Shown: positions 18,313 through 27,126 of the stretch, one piece after another
Layout of the letters: every line of letters starts with the position of its first letter
How positions within the stretch are numbered: position 1 is the first letter of the stretch
DNA from: Candidatus Kuenenia stuttgartensis
GTDB lineage: Bacteria; Planctomycetota; Brocadiia; Brocadiales; Brocadiaceae
DNA length: 32,000 nt
Reading direction: 5' to 3'
NCBI RefSeq assembly: GCF_900232105.1
Contig: NZ_LT934425.1
Location: 4,290,001-4,322,000 of the forward strand
The notes under the pieces: generated by a model
What the model saw: only the letters and a program-made list of their open reading frames with translations
Databases searched by the model: none
Told to the model about the DNA's origin: nothing
Position numbers and translations under genes: made by a program

Positions 18313-18773
18313 CTATATTTTTCTAAAATCGGATCAAGTAAATCCGTCGTTAAATCTCTGTAAAGATCATTATCAATCATAAGTGCTGGTGCATGATCGC
18401 AAGTGCCGAGGCATGATATTGGAAGTAGTGTAAATTTGCCATCGCTTGTTGTTTCGCCAAACTTAATACCAAGTTTTTTATTCAGGTAATCTAAAATTTG
18501 ATTGTAGCCGAGTATCCAGCAGCTTACACTGTCGCAAACTAAAATAACATGTTTACCTACTTTTCTCCTGAAAATAAGGTTATAAAAAGTGGCAACACTG
18601 TCAACTTCATCCGGAGTAATTTCTAAAAATTCTGCGATGTCTTTTACACCATCATCCGAAACCCATCCGCGGTGTTTCTGAACAATTTTTAACGCCTCTA
18701 TAGTGGCAGCCTTTTTATAAGGTACGATCTTTAATTCTTCTTCAAGGTCTTTTTGTTCTTCAACCGATAACAT
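18309..18773 (-). CDS. nuoE: NADH-quinone oxidoreductase subunit E (2Fe-2S)
   Basis: 154 aa with CDSVSC ... CLGTCDHAPALMI. 4-nt overlap with nuoF. Confidence 0.93.
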   Translation of the reverse strand: MLSVEEQKDLEEELKIVPYKKAATIEALKIVQKHRGWVSDDGVKDIAEFLEITPDEVDSVATFYNLIFRRKVGKHVILVCDSVSCWILGYNQILDYLNKKLGIKFGETTSDGKFTLLPISCLGTCDHAPALMIDNDLYRDLTTDLLDPILEKYS

Positions 18774-18788
18774 AAATTATCCGAAAGT

Positions 18789-20534
18789 TTATCTGTCAAT
18801 ATCTGCTAAAACAAAATCAATGCTTCCTAAAATTGAAAGCAAGTCAGGAACCGTGTAACTGCGGCTTATAAAAGGAACCATCTGCATGTGCGGGAACGAC
18901 GGCGTGCGAACTCTCGTTCTATAAGATGATGTATTTCCATCACTGATCAGATAGTAGCCGTTGTTTCCTTTGGTTGCTTCGATTCCAAAAAATGCTTCAC
19001 CGGCAGGAATAACCGGTCCCCACGTTACTCCAAGAAAGTGAGTAATTAAAGTTTCAATGTCATGCATTGTCTTTTCTTTACGCGGCGGCGTTGCCAGAGG
19101 ATGATCTGATTTATATGGCCCGGACGGCATGTTCTTTACGCATTGCTCTATTATTCTAATGCTCTGCCGCATCTCCTCAATTCTAACTATTGCGCGGTCA
19201 TAGCAATCTCCATTCTGCGCAGTTGGAATATCAAACTCAAATTGATCGTAACCGGAATAAGGTCGCTTCTTCCTGAAGTCCCATTCAAATCCGGTTGCTC
19301 TTAAGCCGGGCCCTGTTACACCCCATTCAATTGCTTCTTCAGTATTATAGATACCGATACCGATGGTTCTCCCTTTGAATATCCGGTTCTGCATAACCAT
19401 CGTGTCATATTCTTTTAATCTTTTCGGAAAATAGTTGATGAAATCCTTTACTAATCTGTCCCAGCCGTTTGGAAGGTCGTCAGTAACGCCGCCTATCCGA
19501 AACCAGTTCGGGTGCATCCTGTCGCCGCAGATCGCTTCGATAATTTCAAATACTTTTTCGCGGTCACTGAACATATAAAACACAGGCGAAAGTTGACCGA
19601 TATCCTGGGCAAATGTTCCATACCAAACAAGATGACTTGAGAGCCGGAACAATTCGCAAAGCATTATTCTAATTACCTGCGCTCTCTCCGGGATTTTTAT
19701 TCCTGCAAGTTTTTCTACTGCTAAAAGATAAGCGAGGTTATTCATTACACCGGCAAGATAATCAATCCGGTCTGTGTATGGAATGTATGTATGCCATGAC
19801 TGCCTTTCACCCATCTTCTCTGCACCGCGATGATGAAACCCAATATCGGGAACAACATTTAAAATCTCTTCGCCGTCAAGCTGAAGAACTAATCTCAACA
19901 CACCATGCGTACCTGGATGCTGGGGTCCTATATTTAAAAACATGAAATCAGAATCTTCACTTTCTCTTTTCATCCCCCATTCTTCGGGATTAAAATGAAG
20001 CGCCTGATTTTCTCTTTCTTCTTTTTCTTTCGGCAATTGAAACGGTCCCATTTCCGTAGCACGGGCAGGATGTTCTTTCCGTAGCGGATGTCCTTCCCAG
20101 GTTAAGGGCATTAAGATTCTTTTTAAATGCGGGTGACCATCGAATTTTATTCCGAACATATCGTACACTTCCCGTTCGTACCAGTCTGCATTAGACCATA
20201 CTTTTGTAATTGTCGGGAGTGATGGATACTCACCTTTAAGCGGAACTTTAATTCTTATATCATCATTTCTTTCGAAAGAAAGAAGATGATAGACAACCGT
20301 GAAATCACCTTTGGGTATTTCCACTCTTTTTGCACGGGTTCTTTCGTCTATCGCAGTCAGATCGTACAGCATACGGTATGGCTTTGAAACTTCCGTTTTC
20401 AGAAAACTAATCACATCAATCAACTTGTCTTTCGAAACCCAGATGGTTGGAAATTCGTCACTGGTTTTTTGTTCGGTAATTTCAGATCCACCAAACCTGG
20501 TTTTTAGTTTCTCAACGATAGCGGAATCAGTCAT
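18789..20534 (-). CDS. nuoCD: NADH-quinone oxidoreductase fused subunit C/D
   Basis: A single 581-aa ORF. The N-terminal NuoC part has [18 protein letters not shown]. The C-terminal NuoD part has [23 protein letters not shown] and ends ADIDR. Confidence 0.95.
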   Translation of the reverse strand: MTDSAIVEKLKTRFGGSEITEQKTSDEFPTIWVSKDKLIDVISFLKTEVSKPYRMLYDLTAIDERTRAKRVEIPKGDFTVVYHLLSFERNDDIRIKVPLKGEYPSLPTITKVWSNADWYEREVYDMFGIKFDGHPHLKRILMPLTWEGHPLRKEHPARATEMGPFQLPKEKEERENQALHFNPEEWGMKRESEDSDFMFLNIGPQHPGTHGVLRLVLQLDGEEILNVVPDIGFHHRGAEKMGERQSWHTYIPYTDRIDYLAGVMNNLAYLLAVEKLAGIKIPERAQVIRIMLCELFRLSSHLVWYGTFAQDIGQLSPVFYMFSDREKVFEIIEAICGDRMHPNWFRIGGVTDDLPNGWDRLVKDFINYFPKRLKEYDTMVMQNRIFKGRTIGIGIYNTEEAIEWGVTGPGLRATGFEWDFRKKRPYSGYDQFEFDIPTAQNGDCYDRAIVRIEEMRQSIRIIEQCVKNMPSGPYKSDHPLATPPRKEKTMHDIETLITHFLGVTWGPVIPAGEAFFGIEATKGNNGYYLISDGNTSSYRTRVRTPSFPHMQMVPFISRSYTVPDLLSILGSIDFVLADIDR

Positions 20535-20568
20535 AAATCATTTATAAAAAAAATAAATTATTCTTTAA

Positions 20569-21207
20569 TTAAATTTCCGAAGGCGGTTTAATTTTTGTCA
20601 TTTTCATTCGGTTTTCGTGCTTTAATTCTTTCATTGAAACAGGATCCATCCTGGTAATCCCTTGCGGACCGGTAAACCAGCTTAAAGGACGTTTTTCCTT
20701 TCCAACTGAATCGCGCAGCATCAAAAGACCTTCCATAAAAGCATCGGGGCGCGGCGGGCAGCCGGGCACGTAAACATCTACTGGCATAAATTTATCCACG
20801 CCTTGTACTACACTGTAAATATCATACATGCCGCCTGAATTTGAACAAGAGCCCATAGAAATTATCCATCGCGGTTCCATCATCTGTTCATAAAGTCTTT
20901 TAATAATTGGCGCCATTTTAATGAATATGGTGCCGGCAGTGATCATTACATCTGCTTCCCTCGGCGTTCCCCGAATAACTTCAGCGCCAAATCTTGCAAT
21001 ATCATATTTGCTTGTTAGGCTTGTCGCCATTTCAACATAACAACAGGACAGCCCGAAGTTAAAAGGCCATAATGAGTTTTTTCTTCCCCAGGCAATCAAA
21101 TTCTGCAGATTACAGAGCACAACAGTTTTCTGAACAGCTTCCTCAAATGAACTTGTGCCGCTGACCGTTTTAGTTTGATCGGATGATTTAGTTAACCACC
21201 ATTTCAT
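20569..21207 (-). CDS. nuoB: NADH-quinone oxidoreductase subunit B (N2 cluster)
   Basis: [31 protein letters not shown] and PGCPPRP. The long N-terminal extension resembles E. coli NuoB. Confidence 0.95.
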   Translation of the reverse strand: MKWWLTKSSDQTKTVSGTSSFEEAVQKTVVLCNLQNLIAWGRKNSLWPFNFGLSCCYVEMATSLTSKYDIARFGAEVIRGTPREADVMITAGTIFIKMAPIIKRLYEQMMEPRWIISMGSCSNSGGMYDIYSVVQGVDKFMPVDVYVPGCPPRPDAFMEGLLMLRDSVGKEKRPLSWFTGPQGITRMDPVSMKELKHENRMKMTKIKPPSEI

Positions 21208-21213
21208 AAATGC

Positions 21214-21630
21214 TTAACCTTTTAATTTTTCAAATGCTGATAATATTTTTTTACCCTGCGGGCCGAAATCAAGTGCGCCGAGTCGCCACACATAAATAAG
21301 TACGGCAATAATAATTCCAATAAATATTAATACACCAATGTAGCCGTTCCACCCAACATCGCGAAAAGCAACTGCCCATGCAAAGATAAAAATGGCTTCA
21401 AGATCAAAAATTACGAAAAACATTGCGGCGATATAGAAATGTGCAGAAAACCTGATACGGGCGCTGCCGGTGGGCGTAATACCTGATTCGAAAGGAACGT
21501 CGGTAGAAGGCTCTTTGTGACGCTCACCAAGAAAATAAGATATAATCAGTATTCCAATTACTAAAGAAACTACTGCTACAGTATATAATAGTAAAGGCCA
21601 GAGAGTGATTGGTTCAATAAAATTAGACAA
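21214..21630 (-). CDS. nuoA: NADH-quinone oxidoreductase subunit A
   Basis: 138 aa with 3 TM helices; contains FESGI and FVIFDLEAIFIFAWA. TTG start with GGGAG 7 nt upstream. First gene of the operon. Confidence 0.9.
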   Translation of the reverse strand: MSNFIEPITLWPLLLYTVAVVSLVIGILIISYFLGERHKEPSTDVPFESGITPTGSARIRFSAHFYIAAMFFVIFDLEAIFIFAWAVAFRDVGWNGYIGVLIFIGIIIAVLIYVWRLGALDFGPQGKKILSAFEKLKG

Positions 21631-21849
21631 TTATTTACTCCCAAAAACAGATTAAGAAATTCTAATGATAATATTTTTTATAGCCCTTATATGGTAAAGT
21701 TTATAATGAAACAAAATAAAAATTTTCTCGCATCAATTTACGAAAGAATATACTCACTATCCTGGCTCGAAAATAAGACTACAAAAAATAGTTTAAGTAC
21801 AGATATTACAACACGATATGGCTATAAAACCATTTTCATCGTTTCTGGG

Positions 21850-21865
21850 TGTTGCAAATGCAACA
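21850..21865. promoter_or_regulatory. Perfect 7+7 palindrome TGTTGCA-AA-TGCAACA in the nuo upstream region; candidate operator
   Basis: Read directly: tgttgcaaatgcaaca. It lies ~220 bp upstream of the nuoA start and 68 bp downstream of the Mo-oxidoreductase stop. The 2-nt centre makes an RNA hairpin unlikely. Confidence 0.2.
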
Positions 21866-21932
21866 TGATGACTGTTTTTATAATTTTAATATTCATAAAG
21901 GGAATTATTATTTATAAAAATCTTTTTTGATG

Positions 21933-23603
21933 CTATACATTAGCTATTAAATCGAAGTATTCGTCATCTTCATTTTTGCCGCCGTAGCCTTTACCAATTG
22001 TTTTATACGTTTCTACAAATTCAATTCGTTCAATCCATTTTACCATTTTATAACCTAACTGATTTTCTACACGTAGCCTTAAAGGAGCCCCATGTACTTC
22101 AGAGAGCAACTCATAATTCATTTCCCACGCCAGTATCGATGCGGGTTTCAGACAATTATCCAGAGTGATTGTATCGTAGTACATGCCGCCATACAACCCT
22201 TCTCCAAAAGAATAAAACACAACCGTGGTTACAGAGGGATGTGGTTTAACCAGGTCCACCAGTACCTTTATAGGTAAGCCTCCCCATTCCGCTACGCCCG
22301 TCCATCCCTGTACGCAGTGGTGCATAGTAATATTCTGTTCTTTGCCCAGGTTCTTTATATCATCAAGCGACAATTCAACGGGGTTTTCTACTAATCCGCC
22401 TACTTTGAGTTTGTAGTCTTTGAATTTATTCTCTGCCAACTTTTTCCACTTTTCGGAAATTGGAAGATTGCCATTGGGCCAAAAGAATGGAGATATATCT
22501 TTCTTTTTTAAATATGCTCTGGGTTTCAATTTATTGATTGTGAACTGCCACAAATTGCCATTAATAAATGCATCTGTTCTTTGAACCCATCGCGGCCGTT
22601 TCCAGGACACCCAATGAGCATAAACAAAAAAAGCAATTGTAAAAAGAATTATTGCTGAACCTATATAAAGCCCTGTATAATCTGCGGGATTATCTGTTCC
22701 AAGCGTTATATGGTTCATGTTTCTAACGAAGCCTGTAATCACCACCATAGTAACGTGTACTATAATAAAAGCCACATATGCCAGCATCACTAAAAAGTGT
22801 GCAGACCTTGCTCCTTGCCTGTTGCCAAATAATTTTGGCAGCCAGTAAAATCTATTATCAATAGCAGGTGACATGCACACACCACTAAGCATAGCAAGAG
22901 GTCCTAAAATAAATATTACACCAAAATATGAAATCTGCTGTAATGCATTGTAATGATAAAAACCGTCAGGTTCTATTGGCAGATTGAATGTAGCATAATG
23001 CACAAAAACTGCCCACGCATCTGGAATAATTTGCCAGGAAGAAGGTGTTATTCTTTGCCATTGATCGCCAGCAAATAATAGCGTAATAAATATTATTCCA
23101 TTCAATACAAAAAAAAGTACATGGATAAAATGCCAGCCGCGGGCAATACCTACTGTGTGGCGATACCCTGGTAAGCCGATAATCGGACTTATATAACGGG
23201 CATCATCTTTTGCGGTCCATAATTTGTCTTTTGGCACAATTAAAGGAGTAAATTTCAACCACTCAGAACCAGGTGTGCAGCCTTTATTCCAATACAGCCG
23301 GGGATGGTCCATTAATATTGAAAGTCCACTTTTTATCAGTATCATCAAAAAGAAAAAGTTTACCCAATGGCAAAGAATCAGCCACAAGGGAAAACCTTTC
23401 ACTTTAACTTCAGTTATAGAAAGCAGTGCTAATGACGGATCCTTTGGTAATCCATATACTAAAAATTGTATCCACGCTGCTCCCATTATTCCTAAGAATA
23501 CAATGCCAATAATCAGAAAGGCATAAGGATTCAGTCCAATAAATAATTTCCTGTCTTGCGGATAATGAACTGATTTTTCTATTTGGTTAAAATGAGTGAA
23601 CAT
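21933..23603 (-). CDS. Fused cytochrome-b-like membrane domain / molybdopterin-binding (SUOX-fold, MsrP/YedY-like) oxidoreductase
   Basis: 556 aa. The N-terminal ~330 aa are polytopic, with His-bearing helices (CHWVNFFFL, RGWHFIHVLFF, SAHFLVMLAYVAFIIVHV) like the cytochrome b561/PhsC/MsrQ type. The C-terminal ~200 aa carry ITMHHCVQGWTGVAEWGGLPIKVL and GAPLRLRVENQLGYKMVKWI, typical of the Oxidored_molyb domain. AGGAGG lies 4 nt upstream of the ATG. Confidence 0.85.
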   Translation of the reverse strand: MFTHFNQIEKSVHYPQDRKLFIGLNPYAFLIIGIVFLGIMGAAWIQFLVYGLPKDPSLALLSITEVKVKGFPLWLILCHWVNFFFLMILIKSGLSILMDHPRLYWNKGCTPGSEWLKFTPLIVPKDKLWTAKDDARYISPIIGLPGYRHTVGIARGWHFIHVLFFVLNGIIFITLLFAGDQWQRITPSSWQIIPDAWAVFVHYATFNLPIEPDGFYHYNALQQISYFGVIFILGPLAMLSGVCMSPAIDNRFYWLPKLFGNRQGARSAHFLVMLAYVAFIIVHVTMVVITGFVRNMNHITLGTDNPADYTGLYIGSAIILFTIAFFVYAHWVSWKRPRWVQRTDAFINGNLWQFTINKLKPRAYLKKKDISPFFWPNGNLPISEKWKKLAENKFKDYKLKVGGLVENPVELSLDDIKNLGKEQNITMHHCVQGWTGVAEWGGLPIKVLVDLVKPHPSVTTVVFYSFGEGLYGGMYYDTITLDNCLKPASILAWEMNYELLSEVHGAPLRLRVENQLGYKMVKWIERIEFVETYKTIGKGYGGKNEDDEYFDLIANV

Positions 23604-23852
23604 AACACCTCCTGATAAATCTTATAATTTATACGATCAGTATTGGTCAGGTTTCTTTTAAAGTGAAGCCCTTTAAACAAGAATTCACTAAAATTCTGCT
23701 ATCTGGTTACAATGCATAATTACTACACACAGAATAATTAAAATATTAATAATTGATAATGACTTAAGTCACTTGAGAGTACCGAGTTCTCCATGTTGTG
23801 AATCTATTTAATCATATCTACAATTCTTATTTTTTACAGTACAATTTTAAAC

Positions 23853-24191
23853 TTATTTCGGTTTATCACGTTTCGCTAAATGGGCCTTCAATCGTGAATG
23901 TTCAATAGAAAGATCTATCCATAATTCAATCAATTTTTTAAACTCTTTATATGTTTTTACCAGTTGCCTTGTCTCATCTACAAACGAAGGCCTGACGTAT
24001 TCCGTCCTGCTTTTCATTTTATGTGTAAAACTGAGTTGATAGTATGCCCCCTTTTTCCCCGCAGGGTCCTTATACTGTTTACTCAGACTACCCGGTCTCA
24101 TTTCATTAATTGACTGAAGTTTCTTTTTGATTTTTTTAATCTTCTCTTCAATTTGTTGTAGCTTTTTTATTGACATATATGTAGCATACAC
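23853..24191 (-). CDS. Small coiled-coil protein, DUF6788-like
   Basis: 112 aa. After an N-terminal Lys-rich helix, RPGSLSKQYKDPAGKKGAYYQLSFTHKMKSRTEYVRPSFVDETRQLVKTYKEFKKLIELWIDLS fits the DUF6788 pattern as I recall it (GS(L/V)...G..GPY..L(S/T)....GK(T/S)..(R)Y(V/L)....V......I..(Y/F)..(F/L)..L). This copy lacks the Cys pairs seen in some members. Confidence 0.55.
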   Translation of the reverse strand: MYATYMSIKKLQQIEEKIKKIKKKLQSINEMRPGSLSKQYKDPAGKKGAYYQLSFTHKMKSRTEYVRPSFVDETRQLVKTYKEFKKLIELWIDLSIEHSRLKAHLAKRDKPK

Positions 24192-25061
24192 AGGCTACAT
24201 CAATATGTCAACAATAATTTGAAGGGGAGGAAGATTTATGAAGCTTTGGATTCTGTGGTGGAGCACGGTCTGGCAACTACGCCCAGCCTGCTCTCGCCTG
24301 AGAAACTTTTTATGGTTTGCTACAGTTTTAGCCGGAATTACCGTTCGGCCTGATTTGCTCGGGGTGTCTAGTATTATACGAGGACTCGGCCTTAAGGGGT
24401 ATTGTTATGACCGCCTTTTGGATTTTTTTCATAGCAACGCACTAAATGTTGAGAAACTAACCAAACTATGGACAAAGCTTATTATAAAAACACATCCGCA
24501 GGTAAAGCGTTTTCGCGGGAAATTGCTTTTATGTGGGGATGGCCTTAAGGTGCCAAAAGAAGGCAAAAAGATGCCTGGTGTAAAGTCATTGCATCAGGAA
24601 TCTGACTCGAATAACAAGGCAGAGTACATTATGGGCCATTCCTGTCAGGTTGTTTCTCTTTTAGCTGAAGCCGGGAAAAGTTGTTTTGCTATTCCACTGG
24701 TGAGCAGAATTCATGAAGGCGTTGTCTTTTCAAACAGAGACCAAAGAACCTTACTCGACAAAATGGTTTTATTGATTAATTCTCTGGAGCTGAAAGAATT
24801 GTTCTACTTTATTGCAGACGCCTATTACGCATCCCATGCTATTATTAATGGCGTAGTTGCCCGGGGCAGCCACTTGATTAGCAGGGTAAGGAGTAATGCC
24901 GTTGCATACTTTCCCGTGGAACCGACTCCTGAAAAGAAAGGACGTGGACGACCCAAAAAATATGGTACGAAAGTAAAATTAAAAACATTGTTGAATGATC
25001 GCGCATCAATGAAGGAGGTGGAAAGTCCGGTTTATGGAGAGCAAGGCATAAAAATAAATTA

Positions 25062-26442
25062 GGCTCGTCCGCAGAATCTGTGGGTAATAAGTAAGGATTA
25101 GTAAGAGAAAAGGTGCATTGCCATCCCAAAGGGAGTAAGATGTTTTTTATCAAGAAAGCATCTTAACCCAAAAGGAGAGGCAATGCAGATAAAGACATTA
25201 TTAAATACGGTAGAGAATTTCAAGTCATTTGTTTACAAAGCAGTCAGTTTCGAGGTCATAAATGGTAGAAAGGCATTAGTAGCAGATATAAAGCCGAGGG
25301 TAAATGCCAAGCCTGAATGTTCAGTATGTGGGAAGAGAGTGTCTGGGTATGATACACAGCCGTCCCGGTTATACGAGTATCCGCCATTATGGGGGTTTCA
25401 AGTATTTTTCCGATATTCCCCGCGACGCGCCGCCTGTCCAGTGGACGGAATCCATGTAGAGCGAATTCCCTGGTCAGAAGGTAAGGAGCAGATGACCACC
25501 ACATACAAGGTATTCCTGTCTCGATGGGCTAAACGCCTGAGTTGGAAAGAGACAGCCGAGATATTCAAGTCCAGTTGGGACAGTGTGTATAGGGCAGTGC
25601 AGTTTGTAGTTGCCTACGGCCTTGCCCACAGGGACTTGGAGAATATAACGGAAATAGGAATAGACGAGATACAAGTCTGGAGTGGCCACAAGTATTTAAC
25701 CCTTGTATATCAGCTTGATTCGCATGCCAAAAGGCTTTTATGGAGTGGCCCTGAGCGGAAGGCAAAGACCCTGCGGAAGTTTTTCATGGAGTTAGGTATA
25801 GAACGTTGTCTGAGAATCAAATTCGTTTGCAGCGATATGTGGTCGCCGTACCTGAAGGTGATAGCGAAGAAGGCTTCCCAGGCGCTTAATATTCTTGACC
25901 GTTTCCACATCATGAAGAAATTCAATGAAGCCATAGACCAGATACGGAGGGAAGAGGTCAAAAAGCTCAAGGATGAAGGCACAGACAATGTTTTGGAAAA
26001 GAGCCGTTGGTTACTGTTGAAAAGGCCTGAGAACTTGACAGAAAAGCAAACGGTACGGTTAAGCCAGATAGTTAAGATCAACCTGAGTTCAATAAAGGCA
26101 TATTTAATGCGTGAAGATTTTCAGCGTTTTTGGGAGTATAAGTATCCGGCGTATGCAGACAGGTTTCTCGAGAACTGGATTACGAGAACCCTAAAAACCA
26201 ACCTGGAACCTATGAAAAAAGTGGCAAAGATGTTGCGCAATCACAAGCAGCTCATTCTCAACTGGTTCAAGGCTGATGGCAGACTTTCTTCCGGTACGGT
26301 TGAGGGGTTTAACCTTAAGGCGAAACTGACTATGAGAAAGGCTTATGGTTATAAATCTCTGGAATGCCTGCAAACAGCCTTGTATCATACTCTTGGTAAT
26401 TTGCCGGAACCAATACTTACCCACAGATTCTGCGGATGAGGC
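25062..26442 (+). mobile_element. Complete ISL3-family insertion sequence (~1.38 kb)
   Basis: Terminal IRs: GGCTCGTCCGCAGAATCTGTGGGTAA (25062-25087) matches the reverse complement of TTACCCACAGATTCTGCGGATGAGGC (26417-26442) at 24/26. Flanked by an AT-rich near-direct repeat, ATAAATTA (25054-25061) and ATAAAATTA (26443-26451). One intact transposase ORF reads into the right IR. Confidence 0.9.
25183..26439 (+). CDS. ISL3-family transposase
   Basis: 418 aa. N-terminal zinc-finger CSVCGKRVSGYD...CPVDG, an HTH region, and a DDE domain (IGIDEI, FVCSDMWSPY, LDRFHIMKKFNEAIDQIRR, SGTVEGFNLKAK). Confidence 0.93.
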   Translation: MQIKTLLNTVENFKSFVYKAVSFEVINGRKALVADIKPRVNAKPECSVCGKRVSGYDTQPSRLYEYPPLWGFQVFFRYSPRRAACPVDGIHVERIPWSEGKEQMTTTYKVFLSRWAKRLSWKETAEIFKSSWDSVYRAVQFVVAYGLAHRDLENITEIGIDEIQVWSGHKYLTLVYQLDSHAKRLLWSGPERKAKTLRKFFMELGIERCLRIKFVCSDMWSPYLKVIAKKASQALNILDRFHIMKKFNEAIDQIRREEVKKLKDEGTDNVLEKSRWLLLKRPENLTEKQTVRLSQIVKINLSSIKAYLMREDFQRFWEYKYPAYADRFLENWITRTLKTNLEPMKKVAKMLRNHKQLILNWFKADGRLSSGTVEGFNLKAKLTMRKAYGYKSLECLQTALYHTLGNLPEPILTHRFCG

Positions 26443-27126
26443 ATAAAATTATAGAACCCTTGATCTGCTTTGGAAACCCGTGGGTATTCTTATTCGATTT
26501 GTATTGGTGGATCACCCTCAAAGAGGGAAAATTATTTTAATGAGTACGGATTTAACTATTAATGCAATGGAAATTATCTGCCTGTATGGATTGCGTTTCA
26601 AAATCGAAGTGTCTTTCAAACAGGCGCTTAGAACCTTGGGCACATATGCCTACCATTTTTGGATGAGAAATATGCAGCCAATTAAAAGGCGTTCCGGCAA
26701 TCAACATGTTCACAAAAGAAGCTCTGAATACAGAAATGCAGTTCGCAGAAAACTTGCAGCCTATCACAGACATATACAGGCCGGCGTTATTGCACAGGGG
26801 CTTTTGCAATATATTTCTTCAGCATTTCCATCGCTTGTTTGGAATTCCTTCGGGTCATGGTTGCGGACTATGAGACCGGGAATTTGTCCTTCAGAACAAG
26901 TGACGGCCATTGCAATGAGAAATTGCCTTCCTGAATTTCTCGTGGATTCATCTCAAAAGTCAATCCTTACAAAATTTATTCTTGAACGAATCGATTTTTC
27001 CAGGGCAGAAGGGGCTCGATTGGTCGCATAGTTGCTTTTACTACACTTTTTAACTATTTTATTTTCACTCACAAGGTATTTTTACTCGTGAGAATGGGAT
27101 TAGTGCCTACTGTAAAATACGGTACT

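Larger units (their letters stand above)
24238..27031 (+). pseudogene. IS4-superfamily DDE transposase gene (family unresolved) interrupted by an ISL3 element; join(24238..25061,26452..27031)
   Basis: The left ORF ends ...VYGEQGIKIN, then TAG created at the ISL3 boundary. The right ORF frame reads NYRTLDLLWKPVGILIRFVLVDHP... Joining 25061 to 26452 gives 1404 nt = 468 codons in one frame. DDE candidates are LLLCGDGLKV, YFIADAYYAS, and a Y-x2-R-x3-E signature in LYGLRFKIEVSFKQ. Confidence 0.8.

Noticed and set aside
21691-21930. 79-aa plus-strand ORF between nuoA and the Mo-oxidoreductase
   Set aside because: It lies in an AT-rich intergenic promoter region, has a low-complexity Ile/Lys/Asn-rich sequence, runs opposite to all neighbouring genes, and has no ribosome-binding site that I could see.
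23761-23788. Possible solo IR related to IS1634 copy A (GACTTAAGTCACTTGAGAG versus CTCTTAACCCAACTTCGACAA), and a possible left terminus of the split-transposase element
   Set aside because: The match is only about 13/18 with gaps, or a 9-bp core, which is within chance expectation for the number of alignments I tried by eye. It is kept only as a weak note in one finding.
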